The translations under genes were made by a program, and so were the position numbers. From a virus, in the IMG/VR virus record IMGVR_UViG_3300006871_000008, positions 26,845 to 90,844 of that record: a stretch of DNA of 64,000 bases; one strand, given 5' to 3'. Shown piece by piece: positions 20,062 to 28,979 of the stretch; within the stretch, counting starts at the first letter, position 1; every line of letters starts with the position of its first letter. The notes beneath the pieces are model-generated. The model did no database searches and was not told the DNA's origin. It worked only from the letters and a program-made list of their open reading frames with translations.

Positions 20062-20377
20062 GGATTTGTCCAAGCAGCGGGCAGTCGGCACAACCGCAAG
20101 TCATCTTGATATTGTAGGAACCACACCGCTTCAATTGGAGCGTGCGATTCAGGAACTTGCAAGCAGGCCACAATGGGATGAACCGCCACGCATTGCCAGG
20201 GTCACGGTTGTAGCCTTCGATTGGAGGCGGTGGCTCAAAGCCTTTCTTCGGGTAGATGATCGACCCGTCTGGCATGAGTCGCCCCTTGGCGAAGCTGGTC
20301 TGTCGAGGGGCATGGGTCACGGCTCGTCGCCTCCGTTTAAGTTCGTCGCACGGCACGCATTCAACTTCGTTCGGCAT
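20018..20377 (-). CDS. Cys-rich hypothetical protein
   Basis: Several CxxC motifs; follows ClpP. Confidence 0.55.
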   Translation of the reverse strand: MPNEVECVPCDELKRRRRAVTHAPRQTSFAKGRLMPDGSIIYPKKGFEPPPPIEGYNRDPGNAWRFIPLWPACKFLNRTLQLKRCGSYNIKMTCGCADCPLLGQILKIEDCQSCPLRQE

Positions 20378-20378
20378 G

Positions 20379-20945
20379 TCATGCTCCGTAGATAGTATCC
20401 ACCAGCCCAAGTTCCTTTGCTTCCTTGGCCGAGAGGATTAGGTCGGCTGCGCATTTCTTCCGCCAAAAGCTAATTGGCCTGCCCGACCGCTCAGCGTATA
20501 TCTCGTACATACGCTTTTGAGTTTTCTTGGAATACTCCGCCCAATTCTGGAAGGTTGTCGGAATGTCATTGACCCTGGACTCGTAACCATCGTGGACCAT
20601 GACGGTTGCGTTCGGGTAGATGATGCGCTGATCGGCAGCTTGCAAAATGATGCTGCCCATTGACATAGCTGAGCCAACCACGTAGATAGTGATTGGACAG
20701 GGACAGGCTTTGATAGAGTCATACACGGCCATGCCGTTAAACCAACACCCGCCGAAGCTATTGAGATATATCGTAATCTCTTTATCTTGAGCGGCGTTCG
20801 CCAGCATATGCAGGGCTTTTACAGCAAACTCCGATGTTCGCTGATTCACCCCATCTTCCTTATCGTCTCCTATGTAAACTGTGCGCGACTCAACATGAAT
20901 GTCGTAGTCGTAGAACCTATCAATACTCTCACGAACGAGTTTCAT
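20379..20945 (-). CDS. clpP: ClpP-like serine protease
   Basis: YLNSFGG, GSAMSMGS (Ser), MVHD (His), LSAKEAKELGLVD. Confidence 0.9.
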   Translation of the reverse strand: MKLVRESIDRFYDYDIHVESRTVYIGDDKEDGVNQRTSEFAVKALHMLANAAQDKEITIYLNSFGGCWFNGMAVYDSIKACPCPITIYVVGSAMSMGSIILQAADQRIIYPNATVMVHDGYESRVNDIPTTFQNWAEYSKKTQKRMYEIYAERSGRPISFWRKKCAADLILSAKEAKELGLVDTIYGA

Positions 20946-20956
20946 TTTATCCTCGA

Positions 20957-23923
20957 TTACGGGACGGGTTCGCTGTGGAAACCTTCGAGTGACCTATCTT
21001 CCTCTTTTGGCTCCGTGCAAGGTTGACCGAAGTTATCGCTGTCGGGGTCTTCGTCAATTCCAAGATCAGTACACCCACCGAGCAGCCACGTATCCTCTTT
21101 GCCAACAACCCATCCATGACCATCGCTGCGTGCGGTGATTTCTTGCTGCTTCGTGTTCAAGAATGTATCTGCCATCACCTTTGAGTTGAACGTGTACTGT
21201 TCAATCTTGGATGGATCGCCGTTCGCCAAGTCGCCAGTATCGCCAGCAGTCGTGCCAAAGGAATGGTCAGGTTGCTTGATAACTAGCGACGGGATGATGT
21301 AGCGGACTGTCACTACGCAGGTGCAATTTCCGCCGACCTTATCCGGCAACTTTTTCTTTGCTGCATCTTCTGTGGCATCATCATTGCCCGCAGCATCCTT
21401 GGCTTCCTCAGCCGTTTGCTGAGCATTGAACGCCGCCTGCTGTGCGTTATCAGCTTTCCGCTCCACACGCTGAACGTAGGAGTTGGTAATCATCCCGTTA
21501 GACACCGGGGAAGTCTTCGTGCTAACCGGGCCAGTCGCGTCCTGCGGGGCCTTTGGCGTCGGCTTGGTATCGCCCTTATCCGAAGGTTTCTTGTCACCAC
21601 GGTCATTATGCGGGCACAAGGTAGGCTGGACTAGCGACGTGTTCGAGCAATCAAACTCGACATTGAAGCTAGGCGCACCGGGATTGTTGGGTGACAGCGG
21701 GTGTCCAGGTGGCGCAATCGTATGGAAGTTGGGAGCCTTATTCCGGCTCTGCCAAGAGTTCTGTTCTTCCTCAAGAGTCGGGAAGATCGTCTGCTCGTCA
21801 ATGTCGGCAGGCCACGCAAAGTTGTAAGGTGTTCGCGTGCCAGCTTTGCAAGGTGTCCACAACTCAAAGTCAACCGTGTGGTCGTTAGAGTTGTAGTTAG
21901 CCTTCTCGACGATACACTTCACTGTGCCATCGGCAACATCGGGCAACGTAATGCTCATGCAGTCAAAGGACTCAAAATTCAACTTGTTCACAAGAGTCTT
22001 GAACTGCGCTCGCCGCCAAGTATTTGACTTGCGGATCATCCAGAAGGTAGCGGTCTTTTGGACTAGCTCAAAGATATTGAAGCAGTAGAAGTCATAGTCC
22101 AAAGGATGCGTGCCGTAGTCTGGGACATTGCGTGCCCGCAAGATCAGCAGGTTATCTTTGTTGACTGCGTAATCAGACTTCCAGTGTGCAATGAACTTTG
22201 TCACCAAATCTTCGGTGGAAGTATGGACGATTTTTAGCGAGTTAGGCATCACGTCCGATTCGGTCAGCATACCATCAGCATCCGGCTCAAGGGCCAGATA
22301 CCGAAGAAAGAATTTGTTGTCTTTCAACCACAACGCACAACGAGCCTGGAAGGCAATTTCCTCCAAGACGTTGATGAGACTCTTTCGCTCAAGTAGAGCG
22401 AAGTGCATTGGATAATTGTCAATCAGGTCACGCACGTCATCGAAGCTAACAGTGTCGGTGTCATAGTCAGTGTACGTGTCGATGAACCATTCGATAATGT
22501 CCACCGTGTTCGGACCAACTGACGACGTGAGGGTGACGTAAATATCATCCTCCCATCCACCACCCTCTTTTAGATTCTGTGTGCTGAGAGCCTGATTCAA
22601 AACGATTTCGGTGACGCCGGTGTAGCCGGTGTAGTCCGTTTCTCGAACAGTATAGTATTCAGGTGGCACGGTATAAAGGGACCGCAAGCCGTCGATTGTA
22701 CGGAAGGCTGCCACGCGAAGAACGGTCGATGGAAGCAAATTGGCGATGTACACGATTTTCTTGTCGGCATTCATCGTCACCCGCGAGCCACCATTCGCCC
22801 AAAAGAAACTGGTTGAGTCAGCAGCATTGTATTTAGCCCAACTTAGCTTCGAGCCAGCAGCATTAACAGTCTGTGGATTTCCAGCGGCATCGACCGAAGC
22901 ATTCTCTGTCGTAGAGCCTTGGGAGTAGGCGGGTGGTCCGCACTTGCTCTCAATCTCTTTCTGTGTGTCTGACTTCCTGACACGCCCATGCCCATCATTC
23001 TCAGGATGGACTCGCCCGGTGATGGTGAAGATTTCGCCATTCATCTTGCCAGTGAATAACCCATTCTTAATGTTGAGCGTGATAGTCGTGTTCTGCGGGA
23101 ATAAGCTGCCACCAAAGACACGGACGGGACTGTACTCAGCCGCCTTTTGTTCTTTCAACTCCAACTTCAACCGCTCTAACTCCGTGCATTTCTGCTGAGC
23201 GCAACTGGCATCTTCGCAATACTGCGGCGTATAGATTAGACCACCACCGGGGGAAGTGGCGATGGTTGTTGAGTAGCCGCAAATACTAGATGGGCAGGTT
23301 AGTTTCTTGGCAAGGTCAATACGGTGTTCCAGCGTAAAGTCATGGATGCCCGTGCCATCTGCCAGGATACCTTGCCGCACTGAATCGACACGTAGGGCCG
23401 GGACATTGGCAACCGTGCCAAAGCACAGAGGCCACGGCTTGCCGATTAGAGTTTCGGGCGGATTCGGAAATGCACCTTCCTCGATTGAGAAGCCAACTTC
23501 AATATCCTCAATCTTAGACACAACATCGAATCGCAACGTCCTGTCGCCCTCATCCCACTCGATAGGTGAGTTGAGTACGCCCTGAAATATCAGGAACTTA
23601 TCGTCAAGGCTCATGCCTTGGAACCACTGATACACCCAACACTTTTTCTTGTGCGGGTCAGTAGAGTCTAGGATTGTCTTGAGTTCGCCGCTAGGGTCAT
23701 TCAGGCTCACACTAATCTGCTGTGACTGCGAGCCACCCGACACCCCAATAACATCATCCAGTCCACTTACATCATGGATGACACCCTTCACACCGGGCGC
23801 TTCTTTATCACCATAGGCAATGCGAGGCCCACCCGTCACCCATTGAACCTCAATGATGACGACTGGCTCGGTCCCTAAGCGGGTTGCCAATTTGTCGAGG
23901 GCACTAGAACTTAGATTGCGCAT
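20957..23923 (-). CDS. Tail tip / baseplate hub protein
   Basis: 988 aa, downstream of the tape measure; GKPWPLCFG pattern. Confidence 0.7.
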   Translation of the reverse strand: MRNLSSSALDKLATRLGTEPVVIIEVQWVTGGPRIAYGDKEAPGVKGVIHDVSGLDDVIGVSGGSQSQQISVSLNDPSGELKTILDSTDPHKKKCWVYQWFQGMSLDDKFLIFQGVLNSPIEWDEGDRTLRFDVVSKIEDIEVGFSIEEGAFPNPPETLIGKPWPLCFGTVANVPALRVDSVRQGILADGTGIHDFTLEHRIDLAKKLTCPSSICGYSTTIATSPGGGLIYTPQYCEDASCAQQKCTELERLKLELKEQKAAEYSPVRVFGGSLFPQNTTITLNIKNGLFTGKMNGEIFTITGRVHPENDGHGRVRKSDTQKEIESKCGPPAYSQGSTTENASVDAAGNPQTVNAAGSKLSWAKYNAADSTSFFWANGGSRVTMNADKKIVYIANLLPSTVLRVAAFRTIDGLRSLYTVPPEYYTVRETDYTGYTGVTEIVLNQALSTQNLKEGGGWEDDIYVTLTSSVGPNTVDIIEWFIDTYTDYDTDTVSFDDVRDLIDNYPMHFALLERKSLINVLEEIAFQARCALWLKDNKFFLRYLALEPDADGMLTESDVMPNSLKIVHTSTEDLVTKFIAHWKSDYAVNKDNLLILRARNVPDYGTHPLDYDFYCFNIFELVQKTATFWMIRKSNTWRRAQFKTLVNKLNFESFDCMSITLPDVADGTVKCIVEKANYNSNDHTVDFELWTPCKAGTRTPYNFAWPADIDEQTIFPTLEEEQNSWQSRNKAPNFHTIAPPGHPLSPNNPGAPSFNVEFDCSNTSLVQPTLCPHNDRGDKKPSDKGDTKPTPKAPQDATGPVSTKTSPVSNGMITNSYVQRVERKADNAQQAAFNAQQTAEEAKDAAGNDDATEDAAKKKLPDKVGGNCTCVVTVRYIIPSLVIKQPDHSFGTTAGDTGDLANGDPSKIEQYTFNSKVMADTFLNTKQQEITARSDGHGWVVGKEDTWLLGGCTDLGIDEDPDSDNFGQPCTEPKEEDRSLEGFHSEPVP

Positions 23924-23932
23924 TGGACGCCT

Positions 23933-24346
23933 TTAGCAAGATTCAGGGGCCGGGGCAGATACCCGGACGCCTTCAAAGGTTAAGGTGATTGACTGGTCGG
24001 GGTCATAGCCACCGGGTAAACTGCGCAAACTGCCGGACTTGAATTCAAAGGGGTCGCCAGTTAGATACCCTTCCCACGTCTCGTTCTTGTGATTAACAAG
24101 TCGGATTTTGGCCCGGTAGTAGGAACGAATGAAAGCCCGTAGCTCTAACGCTTTCGGTCGTGCGAGGGTAAAAGTGTACGTCAACTCAGAGCGGTCATTG
24201 GACTTGACGTAGGAATAGAGTGTGCCGTCCATTGCTTGATAGAAGGTGGCCGAGTGCTTCGGTGTCTCACCATCCCCAAACTCCGGGTTCGGGAGAATGG
24301 TCATTGTGGTTGGCGTCGGCAACGGTGCTAATAGAATTACGCTCAT
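23933..24346 (-). CDS. Distal tail-like protein
   Basis: AMDGTLYSYVK..LTYTF; position in the tail operon. Confidence 0.6.
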   Translation of the reverse strand: MSVILLAPLPTPTTMTILPNPEFGDGETPKHSATFYQAMDGTLYSYVKSNDRSELTYTFTLARPKALELRAFIRSYYRAKIRLVNHKNETWEGYLTGDPFEFKSGSLRSLPGGYDPDQSITLTFEGVRVSAPAPESC

Positions 24347-25515
24347 ACAACCTCCCCTTGAAACTCAAAGGTGATGCTGCGATTGTGCCGACCTTGTTGT
24401 GTGATCTGTGCATCCGGCGTTTTGATTACGCCACGCCATTGACGGTTCTCCCAATCCAACAGACCAATCTCCCTGCCCAATGAGGCCATCATAAAGTTCT
24501 TCATGTCTGAAACTTGCTGCCCCGTTAGATTGTTGACGGTCAGATGCAAGGTTTGAGACTTCGGCCACTTTGGATCGGCAAAGATGATTAGTGAACCGCC
24601 ACGCGATTCGCGTTTGATGCGATTGAAAGAAAGCACGTCGGAATTGTCCGGCTCAGGATTTCGCAACACCAGAACAATGTCCGACGTGGCATACGGATAA
24701 GTAAGTGTGAGAGTGGCATGTCCAAGTACCGGCGGTGTCGTCGAGGGTGCTGTGTAAGAGGGGTCGCCACCCGTACCCACGAAGGGTGTATAGTTCTTCG
24801 GGGTACATCGACTTTCAACAACGCCTATTGCCGATTGGGAAAAGGAAATGGCCGAGTTTACTGACCTTTTAAGGACGGCTGTATATGTTGCTTGACTATC
24901 AAAAGCAATTACGTGTGATACCTCATCGCCCTTCCCAACCGTGACTGCTTGCGTCAATGCCAAGGTGCTGATGGCGATATTCTTTCGCTCAGCCGTACTG
25001 GTCAAAGACATAGTGGTGGTGGCAGAGGCCGGACGTGGCCGGCCTGCAACCGATGACAACACCATTATCGAGGAAGCTGCTACTGTGAAGTCATGCGCTA
25101 CACCCACAACTTGTACAAAGTTTAGTGGAGTAACTACTTCCTCGCTCTTGATATTCGAGATAATGTCCTGCTGGAAGTCTAGCGCGCTGCTTACGCTGCG
25201 AGCATAGTTCACTGTCTCAGTTGCGGTGGACGTGAATGCCAGGATACTGTTAATTGGGATCGTCGTATAGACCGCTGTATCCGTGAAGGCGAGTGTGGAT
25301 GATGCCACACCAAAAGCATCGCGCTGGTATGTAGCGGACTGCGAGAAGCTGATAGCACTGCTGACAAGGACTGGCTCATCTACCGCCGTGGCATCGCTAG
25401 TAAACGCCAGTACCGACTCTACGGACTGCTCCAAAGGATTGTCCGTAAGATCAATGCCAAGGGTTTCATTACCCCAAAGACTATCGGAAGTACCTAGCCG
25501 TCCTGTTAGCGACAT
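24343..25515 (-). CDS. Minor tail protein with S/T-rich beta repeats and a distal-tail-like C-terminus
   Basis: Recurring SSxLxFT units; C-terminus resembles the 23933-24346 product. Confidence 0.6.
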   Translation of the reverse strand: MSLTGRLGTSDSLWGNETLGIDLTDNPLEQSVESVLAFTSDATAVDEPVLVSSAISFSQSATYQRDAFGVASSTLAFTDTAVYTTIPINSILAFTSTATETVNYARSVSSALDFQQDIISNIKSEEVVTPLNFVQVVGVAHDFTVAASSIMVLSSVAGRPRPASATTTMSLTSTAERKNIAISTLALTQAVTVGKGDEVSHVIAFDSQATYTAVLKRSVNSAISFSQSAIGVVESRCTPKNYTPFVGTGGDPSYTAPSTTPPVLGHATLTLTYPYATSDIVLVLRNPEPDNSDVLSFNRIKRESRGGSLIIFADPKWPKSQTLHLTVNNLTGQQVSDMKNFMMASLGREIGLLDWENRQWRGVIKTPDAQITQQGRHNRSITFEFQGEVV

Positions 25516-26444
25516 TATTCCTTACTCCAATGCAAGAGCCTTCCAATGCCCTCATGGGTATTGTTGGAGTTGGCAGAGACAAAGAATCCAACTTGATCGG
25601 GACCACCACTCATGTAGGTAGTCTTACCGAATGACTTAATGAGAATCCAATTCTTTCCGTCAATGCCTGTGTAGAATTTCAAGTTAGTGCCGTCATTCTC
25701 GATCTTCAACCACACCACGTCTAGGGTGAACCAGCGATTAGACGACTTCTCGGTGGTGAAGAATGACGTGCTGGTATTCCAGATTGAAACCTCAAGATTC
25801 ATGTATGAGGAATCATTGGCAGGGATGCAATTGATGGCGTTTAGTTTGCCATCTGAATTCTTCCGAAAGCAAAGGCCAAACCTGTTGGCACTTCCACTTT
25901 GGATACTCGGCATACAACAACGCCAAGCCGCGATGTACGCATAGGGAGTTGAGGGTGCTGAGCGATATAGGACGTGGGCATTGGTCCCACTTTCAACTGG
26001 ATACCGCATTAAGATCGTGCCATTTTGATCTGTGGCTGAAGCGCTACCCTGATGGTCCCAGGTGAAATCACTGACAGCAAGAGCAGCCGTAGCTCCATCA
26101 TTCATAATCTTGCCGAAGGGTCGCTCGGCAATCGAGGCCCCAAATATGGGGTGATAGTCCATACCCCGCCGCTTCAAGCTACCTGCGGTAAGGACAAGGC
26201 TGATTGCTAAGGCGTCGGCATGGGAGGCTGCCGTAGTTCCCTCATGCCCGCGCGTGACCGTAAGCGTATTGCTGGAACGGGCCGTACAAAGCATTATCTC
26301 GCTCTGGCAGACGAGACGGAAATTTCCTGTTGAGGGAAACACTGAGCCATCCGTGACAGTGATACTTGTAACACTGTTATTGATCGACCCATTTAGGGTC
26401 GTCGTTGCCAGAGATTTGATTTGTTCTTTTAGGGGTGCGGTCAC
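25515..26444 (-). CDS. Tail fibre/receptor-binding paralogue 3
   Basis: TTLNGSINNS..FRL..SEIML.TARSSNTLTV.RG..GT.AASH N-domain plus lectin-like C-domain; GTG start in a GTGA overlap. Confidence 0.7.
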   Translation of the reverse strand: MTAPLKEQIKSLATTTLNGSINNSVTSITVTDGSVFPSTGNFRLVCQSEIMLCTARSSNTLTVTRGHEGTTAASHADALAISLVLTAGSLKRRGMDYHPIFGASIAERPFGKIMNDGATAALAVSDFTWDHQGSASATDQNGTILMRYPVESGTNAHVLYRSAPSTPYAYIAAWRCCMPSIQSGSANRFGLCFRKNSDGKLNAINCIPANDSSYMNLEVSIWNTSTSFFTTEKSSNRWFTLDVVWLKIENDGTNLKFYTGIDGKNWILIKSFGKTTYMSGGPDQVGFFVSANSNNTHEGIGRLLHWSKE

Positions 26445-27379
26445 GATGCACGACTCCAATGAACCAGCCGGATATGGTTCGTTTCGCTGCCATTATCAGA
26501 ATTGTTGCAGCCCCAGAATACTCGATTTGGCGCACCAGCCATGTGCGCGGTTCGGCTGGCCGAAGCAATTTGAATCCACTCCACACCATCCATGCTAATA
26601 TAGAAAATCAGGTTGGTGTTGTTATCTTCCACCTTTAGCCAAACAACCGAGCCGATAAACGTGATAGTAGTCTTTGCCAGCAAGTCAGTCGTGACTGTGG
26701 TGGCATTCGTCCACTGGTAAACTGCAACCTGTTTAGCACGGCCACCAGAGCGACTGTCAGCTTGAACAGCCAGCGTTGTCAACTTGCCTGTGCTGCTTTC
26801 CCGGAAGCCGAGGCAGAAGAACGCATAGTCAGGGCTACCTTCAACCGGCATGAGTGGTTGAAAGGCGGCGATGTAACTATACGGGGCCGAGGGTGCTGTG
26901 CGTTCGAGGATACGCACGTTGTCGCCAGAACTTGTTGTAGGGATAAGTAGGATCGTCCCATCTTCATCGGTCTTAGTGGACGACCCTTGATTCTGCCAAG
27001 TGAAATCTGTAGCCGCTAGTACGGTAACACCATCATCATCGACAAGCAGATTGAGCGGCAGCAGACTCGACCAACCCCACAGTGGAATGTTGTCGGCGGC
27101 AAGACGGTCATACCCATCGGCTGTAATGACTTGAAAGATTTTCTTGCCATCTGCGTGCGAGGCTGCGGTTGTTCCATCTTGCCCGCGAACAACAGTCAGG
27201 TTGTTGCTGGACCGGGCTGTGACCAGCATAATCTCGCTCTCGACCACAACGCGGAAGTTGCCCGTCGAGGGGTACACAGACCCATCCGTGACAGTCACGG
27301 TTGTAACGCTATTGTTGATCGCACCATTCAAGGTCGTCTCAGTAGCGTTCTTCGTTAGTTCTTTTGCAGGAGCGGTCAC
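26441..27379 (-). CDS. Tail fibre/receptor-binding paralogue 2
   Basis: Same architecture; ends RLVHWSRAS. Confidence 0.7.
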   Translation of the reverse strand: MTAPAKELTKNATETTLNGAINNSVTTVTVTDGSVYPSTGNFRVVVESEIMLVTARSSNNLTVVRGQDGTTAASHADGKKIFQVITADGYDRLAADNIPLWGWSSLLPLNLLVDDDGVTVLAATDFTWQNQGSSTKTDEDGTILLIPTTSSGDNVRILERTAPSAPYSYIAAFQPLMPVEGSPDYAFFCLGFRESSTGKLTTLAVQADSRSGGRAKQVAVYQWTNATTVTTDLLAKTTITFIGSVVWLKVEDNNTNLIFYISMDGVEWIQIASASRTAHMAGAPNRVFWGCNNSDNGSETNHIRLVHWSRAS

Positions 27380-28314
27380 GATGCACGACTCCAATGCACC
27401 AGCCGGGCCAGTTGCTCGTAGGTGCTATTGTTGTAATTGTTGATGCCCCAAATGATTCGATTAGGCCCACCAGCCATATGCCCTGTTCGGCTCTCCGTCT
27501 GGACCAATACCCACTCGATGCCATCGCCAACATAGAACTTTAAGTTGGTATTGTCATCCTCAATCTTGAACCAAAGCAGATGATCGCAGAGTCCGTGGAA
27601 TCGAACAGTCAAGCCTGTCCCGCTGAACGTGGTTGAATTGGTCCACTTGTAAGTTGACAGCACCATGCCGTCAACCCAGAAGCCACCATTGTTTTGATTG
27701 CTCAAACAGATTGCACTCACCTTACTGGTGCTGCTCTCACGGAAGCCAAAGAACACCAGTGGAATAGACCCGCTGCCAGGAATCAAGAGTGCGCGTAATG
27801 CTCCGATGTAGCTATATGGCGCTGATGGAGCGGTACGCTCTAAGATGCGAAGGTTCTCACCTGTCGCAGTCGGGGCACGCAGGAGAATGGTCCCGGCCTG
27901 ATCTGTCTTTGATGCACTTCCTTGGTTCTGCCAAGTAAAGTCACTAGCCGCAAGGATGGTGGAACCATCATCGGCGACCAGTTTGTTCAGAGCAGGTTGG
28001 CTCGAATATCCCCACAGCGGCACGTAGTCGGCATTGTACTGGTTAATGCTGGCATCGGTTAGGATCAGTGCAATCTTCGACAAGTCAGCGTGCGAGGCTC
28101 CCGACGTGCCCTCCTGACCGCGAACGACCGTGAGCGTGTTACTGGACCGTGCCGTGACCAGCATAATCTCGCTTTCGCACTTCACGCGAAAGTTGCCGAC
28201 CGAAGGAAACACGGAACCATCAGTCACCACGACGGACGTGGTGCTATTATTGATCGACCCATTGAGGGTCGTCTGAGTCGAGTTGGCGAATTGCTCTTTT
28301 AGTGGCGCAGACAT
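27376..28314 (-). CDS. Tail fibre/receptor-binding paralogue 1
   Basis: Same architecture; ends RLVHWSRAS. Confidence 0.7.
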   Translation of the reverse strand: MSAPLKEQFANSTQTTLNGSINNSTTSVVVTDGSVFPSVGNFRVKCESEIMLVTARSSNTLTVVRGQEGTSGASHADLSKIALILTDASINQYNADYVPLWGYSSQPALNKLVADDGSTILAASDFTWQNQGSASKTDQAGTILLRAPTATGENLRILERTAPSAPYSYIGALRALLIPGSGSIPLVFFGFRESSTSKVSAICLSNQNNGGFWVDGMVLSTYKWTNSTTFSGTGLTVRFHGLCDHLLWFKIEDDNTNLKFYVGDGIEWVLVQTESRTGHMAGGPNRIIWGINNYNNSTYEQLARLVHWSRAS

Positions 28315-28320
28315 GGCCGT

Positions 28321-28358
28321 AAGAAAACAGCGGGGTAGGGAGTATCCCTACCCCGCTG
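28321..28358 (-). terminator. Intrinsic terminator
   Basis: 14-bp stem followed by TTTTCTT. Confidence 0.8.
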
Positions 28359-28376
28359 GCTAAAGAGGAAAGCGAA

Positions 28377-28967
28377 TTAGCCGCTTACCGTGTAGGTGAT
28401 TTTGAGAGTATCACCGTTAGAAACTGCAACAGTCGAGGCGAACGCAGCCGTCGCCCAGAGCGTGCCAGACGTGCCACCCTTCGTGTTGTTGCTTGTCACA
28501 AAGATGCCCTTGATCGTGGCCGTGGCATTGATTGTGAAGTCAACAGTGGACGAGTTGGTGATCGACCGGCTCGCAGCCGTACCTGCCGTCCACGTAGGAC
28601 GATTGGCATTGCTGTAGGCTGTCGATTCAGTCCAACCGGCGTGGCTCGCCATTGTGTCCGCTGCGGCCAAAGCCGAGAAGCCGGAGTTGTCGATTAGGCC
28701 CAGATACCAAGTCGTAATCTGGGTTCCCGAATGGAAGTAGATTTCGAGGATGCTGTTAAGACCAACATCCACGATTCCATTGGGAATGGTAAACTGCGAC
28801 AAGACCTGTCCATCGCGGATATGCTCAACGATGAATCGGCCCTTCATGTTCATTCGGGCCAGGGGCGGCGGGGCTTCCGCAGCAAAAGCCGGGGCAGAAG
28901 CAATGGTCGCACCATCACCACGCACCAACTCAAAGGCAACCGAATCTTCAAACGCTACTTTGTTCAT
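28377..28967 (-). CDS. Minor tail protein
   Basis: GTLWATAAF...GDTLKITYT pattern typical of tail-associated proteins. Confidence 0.65.
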   Translation of the reverse strand: MNKVAFEDSVAFELVRGDGATIASAPAFAAEAPPPLARMNMKGRFIVEHIRDGQVLSQFTIPNGIVDVGLNSILEIYFHSGTQITTWYLGLIDNSGFSALAAADTMASHAGWTESTAYSNANRPTWTAGTAASRSITNSSTVDFTINATATIKGIFVTSNNTKGGTSGTLWATAAFASTVAVSNGDTLKITYTVSG

Positions 28968-28979
28968 GGTATCTCTCCG

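Noticed and set aside
25515-28314. Diversity-generating retroelement or shufflon acting on the fibres
   Set aside because: No reverse transcriptase or invertase in the window; no evident adenine-specific TR/VR pair; all copies are on one strand
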